Of a stretch of DNA of 64,000 nt, positions 8,447-21,220 are shown piece after piece. The stretch lies in contig JAXHMG010000003.1 of assembly GCA_034521595.1 (NCBI GenBank), positions 32,001-96,000 of the forward strand, written 5' to 3'. The translations under genes were made by a program, and so were the position numbers. This DNA is from Gemmatimonadota bacterium. Lineage in GTDB: Bacteria > Gemmatimonadota > Gemmatimonadetes > Longimicrobiales > Gaopeijiaceae. The notes below the pieces were generated by a model. That model did not search any database, was not told where the DNA came from, and saw only the letters and a program-made list of their open reading frames with translations. The stretch's first letter is position 1. Every line of letters starts with the position of its first letter.

Positions 8447-9204
8447 CGCTTCTCCTTGCTGCCGCCGGTGGTGTCGGTCGTGGGCTCGGTGCGCCCGCCC
8501 CATCGCGGCGCGACCACGTCGGGGTCGAGCGTCTCCGTGTAGAGAGCCATGCCGAGCACGGCGCCCGTGGCCCCTCGGTCTTCCAGGTACTCCAGCTCGC
8601 TCATGGTGGTCACGCCGCCCGAGATCCATGTCGGATGCGGGCACGCCTCGATCACCCGGCCCACCGAAGCGCGGTCGATCCCCTCCATCTTTCCCTCCCG
8701 ACCCACGTCCGTCGACAGGACGCCGGCCAAGGGCAAGCTCGCGACGTTCCCGAGAAAGCGCTCGACTTCGATGCCGGTGTCTTCCGTCCAGCCCTTGCGG
8801 AGCACGCGTCCGGCCCGGGTGTCGAGCGCGATCATGATCCGGCCCGGGTTGCGCTCGGCTTCGGTCGCGAGCCAGTCCGGCTCGTCGATCGCCTTGGTGC
8901 CGACGATCACCCGGTCGGCTCCTGCGGCGAGGAGCGCGTCGATCCGCGCGCCGTCCCTCACGCCCCCGCCGACCTGGGTCGTGGCGGCGGTGGCGCCGAG
9001 CAGCTTCTCGAGCACCGCCAGGTGGTCGCCGTGGCCGAGGGCGGCGTCGAGGTCGACGAGGTGCAGCGTCCCGAATCCCAGCGACCACCACCGCTCGGCG
9101 ACGGCCACGGGGTCGGGCAGCGAAACGCGCTCGTCCTCGGGGCGCCCGCCCACGAGCTGCACGCAGCGGCCCCCGCGAAGGTCCACGGCGGGTGCGGCGA
9201 TCAT
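8443..9204 (-). CDS. hisA: ProFAR isomerase
   Basis: PAVDLRGGRCVQL, LHLVDLDAA, QVGGGVR, TDVGREG, SGGV. Confidence 0.93.
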   Translation of the reverse strand: MIAAPAVDLRGGRCVQLVGGRPEDERVSLPDPVAVAERWWSLGFGTLHLVDLDAALGHGDHLAVLEKLLGATAATTQVGGGVRDGARIDALLAAGADRVIVGTKAIDEPDWLATEAERNPGRIMIALDTRAGRVLRKGWTEDTGIEVERFLGNVASLPLAGVLSTDVGREGKMEGIDRASVGRVIEACPHPTWISGGVTTMSELEYLEDRGATGAVLGMALYTETLDPDVVAPRWGGRTEPTTDTTGGSKEKR

Positions 9205-9824
9205 CGGTGGGCTCCCGCGCCCGCCGCGCGCTGCTCGACCTGGGCGACGAAGTTCCAGATGATCCGGCGGCCGGCGTGTGAGCTCTTCTCGGGGTGGAAC
9301 TGGAGGCCCCAGGTGTTGCCCACACGCACTCCCGAAGCGTATCGCTTGCCCCCGTACTCCGACCAGGCGATCGCGTGCCGGGGATTCGCGGGGACGCAGA
9401 TATAGGAGTTGGCGTAGTAGGCCACGAGCGGACCCACACCCTCGAAGATCGGGTCGGCCGCGGTCTCCACGTCGTTCCAGCCCATCTGCGGGACGATGGG
9501 CGCGTCGATCACCTCGACCCGGCCGGGCACCCGTCCGATCCCGTCGCCCTCCGACTCGTCCGACGCGTCGAAGAGGAGCTGCATCCCCAGGCAGATACCG
9601 AGGCACGGCAGGCCCTCGTCGAGCGCTTCGCGGATCGGTCGGCGGTCGGCGGGCAGAGAGGCGGCCGCGTGGCCGAACGCGCCCACGCCGGGGAGCACGA
9701 GCGCGTCCCGGTCGAGGGCTTCGTCCCAGTCGTCGGTCATGGCCACCTCGGCCCCGGCGGCCTCGAGCGCCTTGCCGAGCGAGTGCATGTTGCCGGCTCC
9801 ATAGTCGTACAGGGCGATCTTCAT
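9201..9824 (-). CDS. hisH: Imidazole glycerol phosphate synthase glutaminase subunit
   Basis: DYGAGN, LPGVGAF, GICLGMQ, PQMGWN, QFHPEKS. Confidence 0.95.
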   Translation of the reverse strand: MKIALYDYGAGNMHSLGKALEAAGAEVAMTDDWDEALDRDALVLPGVGAFGHAAASLPADRRPIREALDEGLPCLGICLGMQLLFDASDESEGDGIGRVPGRVEVIDAPIVPQMGWNDVETAADPIFEGVGPLVAYYANSYICVPANPRHAIAWSEYGGKRYASGVRVGNTWGLQFHPEKSSHAGRRIIWNFVAQVEQRAAGAGAHR

Positions 9825-10969
9825 CGGGGGTCGCGCTCGCGCGATGGGTCGGAGGAAGGGGACGAAGGGACGGCCTCCCGCACGGCGTCGAGCGCGTCGA
9901 GGAACCGTTCCATGAGCCTCCACGGGCCGATCGTCACGCGCAAGCCTTCGCCCATCCCGGCGATCCCGGTGAAGGGCCGCACGCCGATGCCGTGCTGGCG
10001 CAGCGCGCGGACGTCCTTGGTGGCCGCTCCGCTCGGAGCGGGGAAGAGGATGAAGTTCGCTTGGGACGGGACCGGGTCGAGGCCGCGGGAGGCGAGCTCG
10101 GCGTGCAGACGCTCGCGGTTCGTCCGTGCTTCCTCGACGATTCCGGCCATCCAGCCCTCCTCGTCCCGCACGGCGGCGGCGACCGCCTCGGCCGTGAGCC
10201 GGGCGACCTTGAAGGGGCCCCGAGACTTCTCGATCTCGAGCGCAGTCTCGGGGGTGGCGATGCCGAAGCCGCAGCGCAGCCCCGCCAGCCCGTACGCCTT
10301 CGAGGCCGTGCGCGCCACGAGCAGGCCGGGAGTCTCGGCGCCCCGCGCGATCCACGTGTCCTCGGCGAAGTCCGCATACGCTTCGTCGAGAATGACGAGC
10401 GGGGCTGAGGTCGTGCCCGGAGCCCCGGCGGACTCGGGCACGCTCGCCGACCGCTCACCCACCAGATCGAGCAGCGCCTCCAGCCAGCTCGCCGGAGCGA
10501 CCTCCCCGGTCGGGTTGTTCGGGCGACACACGTAGACGACGGCCGGGTCGTGCTCGAGCAGGGCGGCCGGATCCTCGAGGGCCCGCGTCCACGGAACCGG
10601 GTGCGGGCCCATGCCGTTCATGCGCGCGAGCGGCTCGACCATGGAGAACGTGGGGCTCGCGTATGCCACCACCGTGCCCGGTCCGGAAGCGGCGCGGAAC
10701 GCCGAGTCGAGCACGTCGTCCGATCCGGCGCCGGTGGTGACGCACTCGGCCGGCACGTCGAAGCGCCGGGCGACGGCGTTCCGCAGCACGTCGGCGTAGA
10801 GCTCGGGATAGCGGGCCAGGTCGTCGGTCTCGGCCGCACGGATGCGGGCGAGTGCGGCGGGATGCGTGCCCCACAGGTTGGTGTTGTCGCTCAGGTCGAG
10901 CGCGACCGGCTCGCGGTCGGGCTCGTAGCGGGTGAGCGCGCGGTAGTCGTCGCGGGGGAAGGGGCTCAT
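9821..10969 (-). CDS. hisC: Histidinol-phosphate aminotransferase
   Basis: LSDNTN, PNNPTG, DEAYADF, RTASKAYGLAGLR, SQANF. Confidence 0.93.
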   Translation of the reverse strand: MSPFPRDDYRALTRYEPDREPVALDLSDNTNLWGTHPAALARIRAAETDDLARYPELYADVLRNAVARRFDVPAECVTTGAGSDDVLDSAFRAASGPGTVVAYASPTFSMVEPLARMNGMGPHPVPWTRALEDPAALLEHDPAVVYVCRPNNPTGEVAPASWLEALLDLVGERSASVPESAGAPGTTSAPLVILDEAYADFAEDTWIARGAETPGLLVARTASKAYGLAGLRCGFGIATPETALEIEKSRGPFKVARLTAEAVAAAVRDEEGWMAGIVEEARTNRERLHAELASRGLDPVPSQANFILFPAPSGAATKDVRALRQHGIGVRPFTGIAGMGEGLRVTIGPWRLMERFLDALDAVREAVPSSPSSDPSRERDPR

Positions 10970-12324
10970 CGCTCGGGTCCTCCGCGCTCGGGCGCTTCGC
11001 CTTCGCCGGCTCCCCGGCCGTGCTCCGTCCGCCGAGCGAGCGCTGCCGCCGCGTGCGCGTAGAGCCCCTCGGCTTCGGCGAGCAGGGCCACGTCGCCCGC
11101 GAGCGCCTCGGCTCCCTCCCGGTCGATCTCCTGGAGGGTGAACGAGCGGAGGAAGTGCTGGGTGGAGAGACCGGAGAAGCTCCTGGCCCGACCGGACGTG
11201 GGGAGCACGTGGTTGCCGCCGGTCATGTAGTCCCCGTATGCGACCGAGGCCCACTCGCCGACGAAGGTGGTGCCGGCGGTGGGGACCCGGCGGGCCACGG
11301 CCGCCGCGTCGCGCGTCATGACGGAGAGGTGCTCGGGCGCGTACCGCACCGTGAAGTCGATCGCCGCCTCGAGGCTCTCGGTGGTGAGCACGGCTCCGGC
11401 CGCGGCGAGCGCTTGCCGGCAAATGTCGGCGCGCGGCGTTTCCGCGAGCTGGCGAGCGAGCGCCTCCTCGGCTTCCCGGGCGACGCGCTCGGACGGCGTC
11501 ACGAGGACCGAAGCGGCGTCCGGATCGTGCTCGGCCTGGGCGAGGAGCTCCGTGGCCACGAGCCACGGGTCCGCGTCGCCGTCGGCGAGGACCAGGACCT
11601 CCGAAGGGCCGGCCGGCGAGTCGATGATAACGTCGCCGGCGACCTGGCGCTTGGCTTCCGTCATCCAGCGGTTCCCGGGACCGACGATCGCGTCGACCCT
11701 GGGCACGCTCTCGGTGCCGAACGCGAGCGCGGCCACCGCCCCGGCCCCACCCAACGCGAAGAGCCGATCGGCGCCCGCGATGGCGCACGCCGCGAGCACC
11801 TCGGCGGGTGGGCGGCCGTCCGGCCCGGGTGGCGAGCAGACGACGACCTCCCGGACGCCCGCGGCGCGGGCGGGCACGACGCCCATGAGCACCGAGCTGG
11901 GATAGGCCGCCCGTCCGCCGGGCGCGTACACGCCGGCGCGGTCCACCGCCGTGGAGACCCGCGTCACCCGCACGCCGGGCTCCACCTCGACGGTGACCTC
12001 GTCGGGGACCTGCGCGGCGTGGAAAGCGTGGATGTTGTGGGCCGCCCGCTCGAGCGCCGCCCGCACGGGTGCCGAGAGCCCGGCGAGGGCGTCGTCCCAG
12101 GCTTCCCGCGGCACTTCGAGCGCGTCGAGCACGACCCCGTCGAAGCGCTGCGCCATGTCGTGGAGCTCGGCGTCGCCACGACTCCGGACTTCTCGGATGA
12201 GGCCGGCGACGAGGTCCTTCACGCGGCCGTCGTCGCCGAGGTCGCGCTCGAGGAGTGCTGTGAGAGACTCCTCGTCCAGCTCCGCAAGCGGACCGCGCGC
12301 GAAGAGGTCGACGCCGGCGCTCAC
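10966..12324 (-). CDS. hisD: Histidinol dehydrogenase
   Basis: GVYAPGG, YPSSVLM, IVGPGN, PAGPSE, QAEHD, APEHL, GDYMTGGNHVLPT. Confidence 0.97.
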   Translation of the reverse strand: MSAGVDLFARGPLAELDEESLTALLERDLGDDGRVKDLVAGLIREVRSRGDAELHDMAQRFDGVVLDALEVPREAWDDALAGLSAPVRAALERAAHNIHAFHAAQVPDEVTVEVEPGVRVTRVSTAVDRAGVYAPGGRAAYPSSVLMGVVPARAAGVREVVVCSPPGPDGRPPAEVLAACAIAGADRLFALGGAGAVAALAFGTESVPRVDAIVGPGNRWMTEAKRQVAGDVIIDSPAGPSEVLVLADGDADPWLVATELLAQAEHDPDAASVLVTPSERVAREAEEALARQLAETPRADICRQALAAAGAVLTTESLEAAIDFTVRYAPEHLSVMTRDAAAVARRVPTAGTTFVGEWASVAYGDYMTGGNHVLPTSGRARSFSGLSTQHFLRSFTLQEIDREGAEALAGDVALLAEAEGLYAHAAAALARRTEHGRGAGEGEAPERGGPER

Positions 12325-13196
12325 GGCATCAACCTCTCGATGCGGGTCACCAGGATGCCTTCCGCTCCGAGCTCCTTCAGCTTCGCGATCGTCTGGTACA
12401 CCTGATCCTCGTCCACCACCGCGTGCGCGGCCACCCAGGCGCCGTCGTCCAGTACCTCGACGATGGTCGGGCCGGAGATGCCGGGCAGCACCTTCCGGAC
12501 CTCCTCGAGACGATCCTTGGGCACGTTGGTCATCAGGTAGCGCTTCGCCTGAGCCCGTAGCACCGATTCGAGGGCGGTCGAGAGCAAGTCGATCTCGCCG
12601 CGCACGTCCGCTTCGGCGAGGGCGGCGGGGCTCGCGACGAGCGTGGCCGAGGAGTGGAGGATGGTGTCGACTTCCCGCAGCCCGTTTACCCGCAGCGTGG
12701 ATCCGGTCGAGGTGAGGTCCACGATGACGTCCGCGACGCCGAGGTGCGGCGCGATCTCGGCCGCGCCGCTCACCGGGGCGATCTCGATGGGAATCCCGAG
12801 CTCGTCGAAGTGGGCCTTGGCCGAGCGGGGGAAGGAGGTCGCGACCCGCGTGCCCGCGGGCAGGTCCTTGCTGGAGTTGGCGGGGGCTTCGTCCTTCACG
12901 GCCACGATGAGCCGGCAGCGCCCGAACCCGAGGTCGAGCACCTCTTCGACGTCCCGGCCGCTCTCTCGGACGAGGTCCGAGCCGGTCACGCCCAGCTCCG
13001 CGGCGCCGTCGGCCACGTACTCGGGAATGTCCTGGGCTCGGACGAAAATGGCCTGGAAGTCGTCGCCGAGTGACGCGACCAGCGCTCGGTCCGCCCGGAA
13101 CGCGGGCTTGAGGCCGGCTTGCTCGAACAGCTCGAGCGTCTGCTCGGAGAGCCGTCCCTTGTTCGGGATCGCGATCCGGATCCTTCTGTCTCTCAT
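12321..13196 (-). CDS. hisG: ATP phosphoribosyltransferase, long form
   Basis: AIPNKGRL, DIPEYV, LGFGRC, DLTSTGSTL, C-terminal regulatory domain (LPGISGPTI...GAEGILV). Confidence 0.96.
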   Translation of the reverse strand: MRDRRIRIAIPNKGRLSEQTLELFEQAGLKPAFRADRALVASLGDDFQAIFVRAQDIPEYVADGAAELGVTGSDLVRESGRDVEEVLDLGFGRCRLIVAVKDEAPANSSKDLPAGTRVATSFPRSAKAHFDELGIPIEIAPVSGAAEIAPHLGVADVIVDLTSTGSTLRVNGLREVDTILHSSATLVASPAALAEADVRGEIDLLSTALESVLRAQAKRYLMTNVPKDRLEEVRKVLPGISGPTIVEVLDDGAWVAAHAVVDEDQVYQTIAKLKELGAEGILVTRIERLMP

Positions 13197-13257
13197 CTCG
13201 TTCGCCTCTCAGGCTCGTCGGTCGACCCGCCCGGCCACGCAGACCGGGTGCGGCCAG

Positions 13258-13294
13258 AAATAAAAAACGCGACCCGTCTCGGAGACGGGTCGCG
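13258..13294 (-). terminator. his attenuator intrinsic terminator
   Basis: Perfect stem CGCGACCCGTCT/AGACGGGTCGCG (13268-13294) followed on the minus strand by TTTTTTATTT; lies between leader peptide and hisG. Confidence 0.9.
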
Positions 13295-13321
13295 GTGGGG
13301 TGCCTTCCCGGGACGCACGTC

Positions 13322-13399
13322 CTAGGCGCGCACCACCCTCCCGCCGCCCGTCCGGGCCACGTGATGGTGATGGTGCGGAACGTGGGTCGTGATGCTCAT
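13322..13399 (-). CDS. hisL: his operon leader peptide [25 protein letters not shown]
   Basis: 25-aa ORF with a run of 5 His codons plus one more His, directly upstream of the terminator and hisG. Confidence 0.88.
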   Translation of the reverse strand: MSITTHVPHHHHHVARTGGGRVVRA

Positions 13400-13435
13400 G
13401 GCGGGAAGCTGACGCGGGCGCGCGGGCGCGTCAAC

Positions 13436-13479
13436 CCTGGCACGGGCCTGACACGGGCCTGGCACGGGCCTGGCACGGG
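13436..13479. repeat. 4 x 11-bp tandem repeat CCTG(G/A)CACGGG
   Basis: Units at 13436, 13447, 13458 and 13469 in the divergent hisL/uvrA intergenic region. Confidence 0.9.
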
Positions 13480-13553
13480 CTGCTGGACGGTCCGCCCGAC
13501 TCGGTGGACGCGGGGCGGTTCGGGGACACCGCCTCGTGGTTGTATCATCATTC

Positions 13554-16439
13554 ATGGACCACCCGATCCGGATCCGCGGCGCGCGGCAGCACAACCTCAA
13601 GAACATCGACGTCGACCTCCCGAGACGGGCGCTCACCGTCGTGACCGGCCCTTCGGGGTCGGGGAAGAGCACGCTCGCGCTCGACACCCTCTTCGCCGAG
13701 GGTCAGCGACGCTACGTGGAGTCGCTCTCGACGTACGCGAAGCAGTTCCTCGAGCGAATGGAGAAGCCGCACGTCGATTCGATCGAGGGGATCAGCCCGG
13801 CTGTCGCCATCGAGCAGAAGAACCCGACCAAGACGAGCCGTTCCACGGTCGGCACCGCGACGGAGGTATACGACTACCTGCGCCTCCTGTGGTCACGGGT
13901 CGGGCGGACGTACTGCCCGGTCTGCGGCCGCCGGGTGCGTCCCGACACGGTGAGCTCGGCCATCGATCGGGTGCTGGAGCTCGAGCCGGGGACGCGCGTC
14001 CAGGTGGCTTTTCCGCTGGCGCACGGGGCGGCGCTGACCCATCAGGCCGTGGTCGAAAACCTGCGGGCCATGGGATTCGTGCGGGTCCTGGCCGACGGGG
14101 AGCTCGAGGACCTGGGCGGGAGCGAGGCCATCACGCCGGAAGGGCTCGGACGCGACTTGACCGCGGCCGGCGAGCTCCTGGTCATCGTGGACCGGCTCAA
14201 GGTCGACCCGGAGGATCGCGAGCGGCTCGCCGACTCGCTCGCGACGTGTTTCGTGGAGGGGGAGGGCGAGGCGCTCGTGCTGATCTCTCCGCGCGAGGGC
14301 CCGCAAGAGCGACTCCTCTTCACCGAGCGATTCCGCTGTCCCGATCACCCGGACATCACCTTCCTGCAGCCCACGCCGCAGCTCTTCTCGTTCAACAACC
14401 CGTACGGCACCTGTCCCACGTGCACGGGCTTCGGGGCCACGCTGGAGTACGATCCGGAGCTGATCGTGCCCGATCCCGAGCGCTCACTCGCGGAGGGTGC
14501 GGTCGACCCATGGTCGAAGCCCCGTTACAAGAAGGAGCGCGCCCGGCTCGATCAGTTCGCCCGCGACCAGGGTGTTTCCACGGAGGAGCCGTGGCGGGAG
14601 CTGCCCGAGCCGTTCCGCGACGCGGTGCTGCACGGCACCAAGGGCTTCAAGGGAGTGATTCCCTTCCTCGTATCCCGCGAGCGCAAGAAATACAAGCAGT
14701 ACATCCGGGTCTTCCTGCGCCAGTACCAGACGCCACGCCCCTGCGCGGAGTGCGGCGGCGGGCGGATCCGGAAGGAAGCCCGCTACGTGCGCATCGGCGG
14801 GCGGGACATCGCGGAGGTCTCGGCCATGCCGCTCGAGGAGCTGGCGGTTTGGGTGGGGGAGTTGGCCGGTGGTGCGCCCTCCGACGACCGGACGCAGGCC
14901 GGAGCCTCCACTCCGGTTCTGACCCGGATGGAAGCGCAGATCGCCGAGTCGATCCTCCGGGAGCTCCGGGCGCGGACCGGATTCCTGGTCGATGTCGGGT
15001 TGGGGTACCTGACCCTCGACCGGCAGACCCGTACCCTCTCGGGGGGTGAGGCGCAGCGGATCAACCTCGCCAACTCCCTGGGCTCGGCGCTGGTGGACAC
15101 GCTCTACGTGCTCGACGAACCCACGGTGGGACTGCACCCCCGTGACACCGGCAAGCTGTTGGACCTCCTCGGTCGGCTCAGCGCGGCCGGCAACACCGTC
15201 GTGGTGGTGGAGCACGACCCCGAGGCGATCCGCGCCGCCGACCACGTGGTCGAGCTCGGTCCGGCGTCGGGTGAGCGGGGCGGCGAGCTGGTGTACGCGG
15301 GGCCGCCGGATGCGCTCGGCGAGCGGGATACCGCGACGGGGCGCTACCTCTCGGGTCGGTCGGGAGTCGCGCTTCCCGAGCGCACCCGCGACGTGCGGGG
15401 CAAGAGCCTCGCGCTTCGGGGGGGGCGGCTGCACAACGTGAAGGACGCGGACATCGAGATTCCGCTCGGCACGCTGACCGTCGTCACCGGGGTGTCGGGT
15501 TCGGGAAAGTCCACGTTGATCCACGACGTCCTCTACCATGCGCTCGAGCGTGCGCTGGGCGGAGAGAGCTCCGCGAAGGAATACCTGGGCGAGGCGGTGG
15601 GAGCCTGCGACGGGCTCGACGGCGTCAGCGCGCTCGACGAGGTGGTGCTCGTCGACCAGTCGCCCATCGGCCGGACGCCGCGCTCCAACCCGGTCACCTA
15701 CGTGAAGGCCTGGGACCACGTCCGCAAGATCTTCGCGGACCAGCCGGTCGCGCGGGAACGGGGCTACACGCCCGGACACTTCAGCTTCAACACCGCCGGG
15801 GGGCGGTGCGAGGAGTGCAAGGGCGCGGGACACGTCGAGATCGAGATGATCTTCATGGCGGACGTCTACGTGCCGTGCGACGCCTGCGGCGGTCGGCGCT
15901 ACGGTCGTGAGATCCTGGACGTGAAGGTGCGCGGCAAGAACGTCTCGGAGGTGCTCGACCTGACGGTCGACGAGGCGATCCGCTTCTTCATCCGGGAGCG
16001 AAAGCTCGGTAAGGCGCTCTGGCACTTGCAGCAGGTGGGGCTCGGCTACCTCCGGCTCGGCCAGCCGGCGCCGACGCTGTCGGGGGGAGAGGCGCAGCGT
16101 CTCAAGATCGCCCGCGAGCTCTCGGGCGCCGCCGGCCGGAAGGGACGGAAGCTCTACATCCTGGATGAGCCGACCACCGGACTCGCCGGCGAGGACGTGA
16201 GCAAGCTCGTCGACGTCCTCGAGCGGCTCGTGGACGCGGGCAACACCGTGCTGGTCATCGAACACGACATGGACGTGGCCAAGGTCGCGGACTGGATCAT
16301 CGACATGGGCCCGGGAGCCGGGCACCGGGGCGGGGAGGTGGTCGCGATGGGGCCGCCCGAGACCGTGGCCGGCGTGCCCGGGAGCGCGACCGCGCCGTAC
16401 CTTCGCGCGGCCCTCGACCGGGCTGTGGAAAAGGTCTGA
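13554..16439 (+). CDS. uvrA: Excinuclease ABC subunit A
   Basis: [39 protein letters not shown], two LSGGEAQR motifs, second Walker A GVSGSGKS. Confidence 0.96.
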   Translation: MDHPIRIRGARQHNLKNIDVDLPRRALTVVTGPSGSGKSTLALDTLFAEGQRRYVESLSTYAKQFLERMEKPHVDSIEGISPAVAIEQKNPTKTSRSTVGTATEVYDYLRLLWSRVGRTYCPVCGRRVRPDTVSSAIDRVLELEPGTRVQVAFPLAHGAALTHQAVVENLRAMGFVRVLADGELEDLGGSEAITPEGLGRDLTAAGELLVIVDRLKVDPEDRERLADSLATCFVEGEGEALVLISPREGPQERLLFTERFRCPDHPDITFLQPTPQLFSFNNPYGTCPTCTGFGATLEYDPELIVPDPERSLAEGAVDPWSKPRYKKERARLDQFARDQGVSTEEPWRELPEPFRDAVLHGTKGFKGVIPFLVSRERKKYKQYIRVFLRQYQTPRPCAECGGGRIRKEARYVRIGGRDIAEVSAMPLEELAVWVGELAGGAPSDDRTQAGASTPVLTRMEAQIAESILRELRARTGFLVDVGLGYLTLDRQTRTLSGGEAQRINLANSLGSALVDTLYVLDEPTVGLHPRDTGKLLDLLGRLSAAGNTVVVVEHDPEAIRAADHVVELGPASGERGGELVYAGPPDALGERDTATGRYLSGRSGVALPERTRDVRGKSLALRGGRLHNVKDADIEIPLGTLTVVTGVSGSGKSTLIHDVLYHALERALGGESSAKEYLGEAVGACDGLDGVSALDEVVLVDQSPIGRTPRSNPVTYVKAWDHVRKIFADQPVARERGYTPGHFSFNTAGGRCEECKGAGHVEIEMIFMADVYVPCDACGGRRYGREILDVKVRGKNVSEVLDLTVDEAIRFFIRERKLGKALWHLQQVGLGYLRLGQPAPTLSGGEAQRLKIARELSGAAGRKGRKLYILDEPTTGLAGEDVSKLVDVLERLVDAGNTVLVIEHDMDVAKVADWIIDMGPGAGHRGGEVVAMGPPETVAGVPGSATAPYLRAALDRAVEKV

Positions 16440-16727
16440 AACGCCTTGTGGCATAGGCTTTTTCGCACGTCGGGCGGGGTTGCCGCTCGCGTAGCGTGAG
16501 GGTTATTTTCCACCGTCTTTGAAACCCTCTCCGCCCCGCCTCCGCGAACGCGTCCCGACCCGTTCGCGGCCGTCTCGATCCGTGAGCGTTCACCAGCCGA
16601 CTCCGGTGGGCCGTGCGGATCGCCTCGGAACCGGCCGTGAGAGGCGATCGTTCCGTAGCTTCGCATGCCCGACCGCGACCGCCTTCGAACGGCGTCGCGC
16701 GCGACTCTTGACCAGGAAGAACCCGGT

Positions 16728-19364
<2,637 letters not shown>

Positions 19365-19376
19365 CGAGGCCCCCTC

Positions 19377-20351
19377 GTGAGTGACGTCGTTCAGGGGGAA
19401 GGCCTCGTCGGCCTCCCGGAGATCGAAGCGGCCGCGAGGCGGCTGCAGGGAGTCGCCGTGGAGACGCCCCTCCTACCCGCCGACGCGGTCTCCGAAGCGA
19501 CGGGCGGCGACGTCCGGCTCAAATGCGAGAGCTTGCAGCGTGCCGGCTCCTTCAAGATCCGGGGGGCGTACAACTTCGTCTCGCAGTTCTCGGACGCGGA
19601 GGTGGCCGGCGGCATCATCACCTACTCGTCCGGGAACCACGGGCAAGCGGTTGCGCTGGTCGGCAAGCTGAGGAGGATCCGGGCCGTCATCGTGATGCCC
19701 ACGACGGCTCCGCGCGTGAAGATCGAGGGCGCCGAGCGGATGGGGGCCGAAGTCGTGTTCGAAGGAACGACTTCGCTCGAGCGGAAAGAGCGCGCGGAAC
19801 GGATCGCCGAGGAAGAAGGGCTGGTGATGGTGCCGCCCTTCGACCATCGCCACATCATCGCGGGGCAGGGGACCACCGGCTACGAGATCGCGAGCGCGTG
19901 GACGGACGTCGATCTGGTCCTCGCGCCGATCGGAGGGGGCGGGCTCGCGAGCGGCATCGCGGCAGCGGTGAAGCGGATGGTTCCGGGCGCGAAGGTCGTC
20001 GGCGTGGAGCCCGAGGGCGCGGCGTCGATGCGGGCCGCGCTGGATGCGGGGGAGCCGACGCGCCTCGAGCGCATCGACACGATCGCCGACGGGCTGGCAC
20101 CGGTCATCTCGGGAGCGCTGACTTTCGAGCACGCTCGTGCCTTGATCGACGACGTGGTCACCGTTGACGACGAAGCGATCCGGGAGGCCACGAAGCTTCT
20201 GCTGGCGCGCCAGAAGCTGATCGTGGAGTACAGCGGCGCGGCCACGACGGCCGCGCTGCTTTCGGGGCGGGTCGACGCGGCGGGACGGAGCGTCGCCGCC
20301 GTCGTCAGCGGCGGGAACCTGGATCCGTCCCTGTTGTCCGAGCTGTTTTGA
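19377..20351 (+). CDS. PLP-dependent threonine/serine dehydratase family protein (no ACT domain)
   Basis: ESLQRAGSFKIRGA, SSGNHGQ, PIGGGGL, TIADGL, SGGN. Confidence 0.88.
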   Translation: MSDVVQGEGLVGLPEIEAAARRLQGVAVETPLLPADAVSEATGGDVRLKCESLQRAGSFKIRGAYNFVSQFSDAEVAGGIITYSSGNHGQAVALVGKLRRIRAVIVMPTTAPRVKIEGAERMGAEVVFEGTTSLERKERAERIAEEEGLVMVPPFDHRHIIAGQGTTGYEIASAWTDVDLVLAPIGGGGLASGIAAAVKRMVPGAKVVGVEPEGAASMRAALDAGEPTRLERIDTIADGLAPVISGALTFEHARALIDDVVTVDDEAIREATKLLLARQKLIVEYSGAATTAALLSGRVDAAGRSVAAVVSGGNLDPSLLSELF

Positions 20352-20391
20352 GTTTAGTCATCGAGTCATCGAGCAGAGGGAGCACCAGAGC

Positions 20392-21081
20392 ATGTCGATC
20401 CGTCGCCTGATTCTCTTCGACGTGGACGGGACGCTGGTCAGCGGCGGGCCGGCGAAGGGGGCCTTCGAGCTCGCCATGGTCGAGACGTTCGGGACATCGG
20501 GCAATGCGTCGGGCGTGAGCTTCGCCGGCAAGACCGATCCGCAGATCGCCCGGGAGCTCCTCAGCGGTGCCGGCTTCGCGCGGGACGAGATCGACCGGGG
20601 GCTCGAGGACCTCTGGACTCGCTATCTCGGACACCTCGAGGAGCGGTTGGCGGAGCGTCCCATGGATGTGCTGCCCGGGGTTCCCGACATCCTCGACGCG
20701 CTCGAGCCGCACGCGCACGTCGGCATCGGTCTACTGACCGGTAACATTCAACGCGGGGCGCGGCTGAAGCTCGGCTCGGCGCGCCTTTGGGAGCGCTTCC
20801 GCATCGGGAGCTTCGGCTCGGATCACGAGGAGCGGGACGAGCTGCCGGCCATCGCGCTGCGGCGCGCCCACGAGCACTGGGGCCGGCCGCTGCCCGCGAC
20901 GGACGCGGTGGTCGTGGGCGATACCCCTCGAGACGTGACGTGCGGCCGGAAGGGTGGGGCGCGTACCCTCGCCGTGGCGACCGGGCGTTACGGGACCGAC
21001 GAGCTCCGGGCGACCGGCGCGGACCGGGTTCTGACGGACCTGGGGGCCACCGATGACGTGCTCTCCTGGTTGCTCGACTGA
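20392..21081 (+). CDS. HAD family hydrolase
   Basis: LFDVDGTL, LLTGN, VVGDTPRD. Confidence 0.88.
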   Translation: MSIRRLILFDVDGTLVSGGPAKGAFELAMVETFGTSGNASGVSFAGKTDPQIARELLSGAGFARDEIDRGLEDLWTRYLGHLEERLAERPMDVLPGVPDILDALEPHAHVGIGLLTGNIQRGARLKLGSARLWERFRIGSFGSDHEERDELPAIALRRAHEHWGRPLPATDAVVVGDTPRDVTCGRKGGARTLAVATGRYGTDELRATGADRVLTDLGATDDVLSWLLD

Positions 21082-21220
21082 CGGCGCGCTTCACGGGGTT
21101 GCTTGATCGGCGCACGGCCGCGCAGCATCTTCCAGTCTCGATGGTATGCAGTAGCACGCGGCCGGTCGGTCGCGCCACACTTCGGCTTCCGAAGGCCGAG
21201 GACCGCAACGGGGAGAGATC

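Noticed and set aside
13480-13553. SOS/LexA box upstream of uvrA (or of the recombinase)
   Set aside because: No recognisable CTGT-N8-ACAG or GAAC-N4-GTTC palindrome seen; the lineage-specific motif is unknown.
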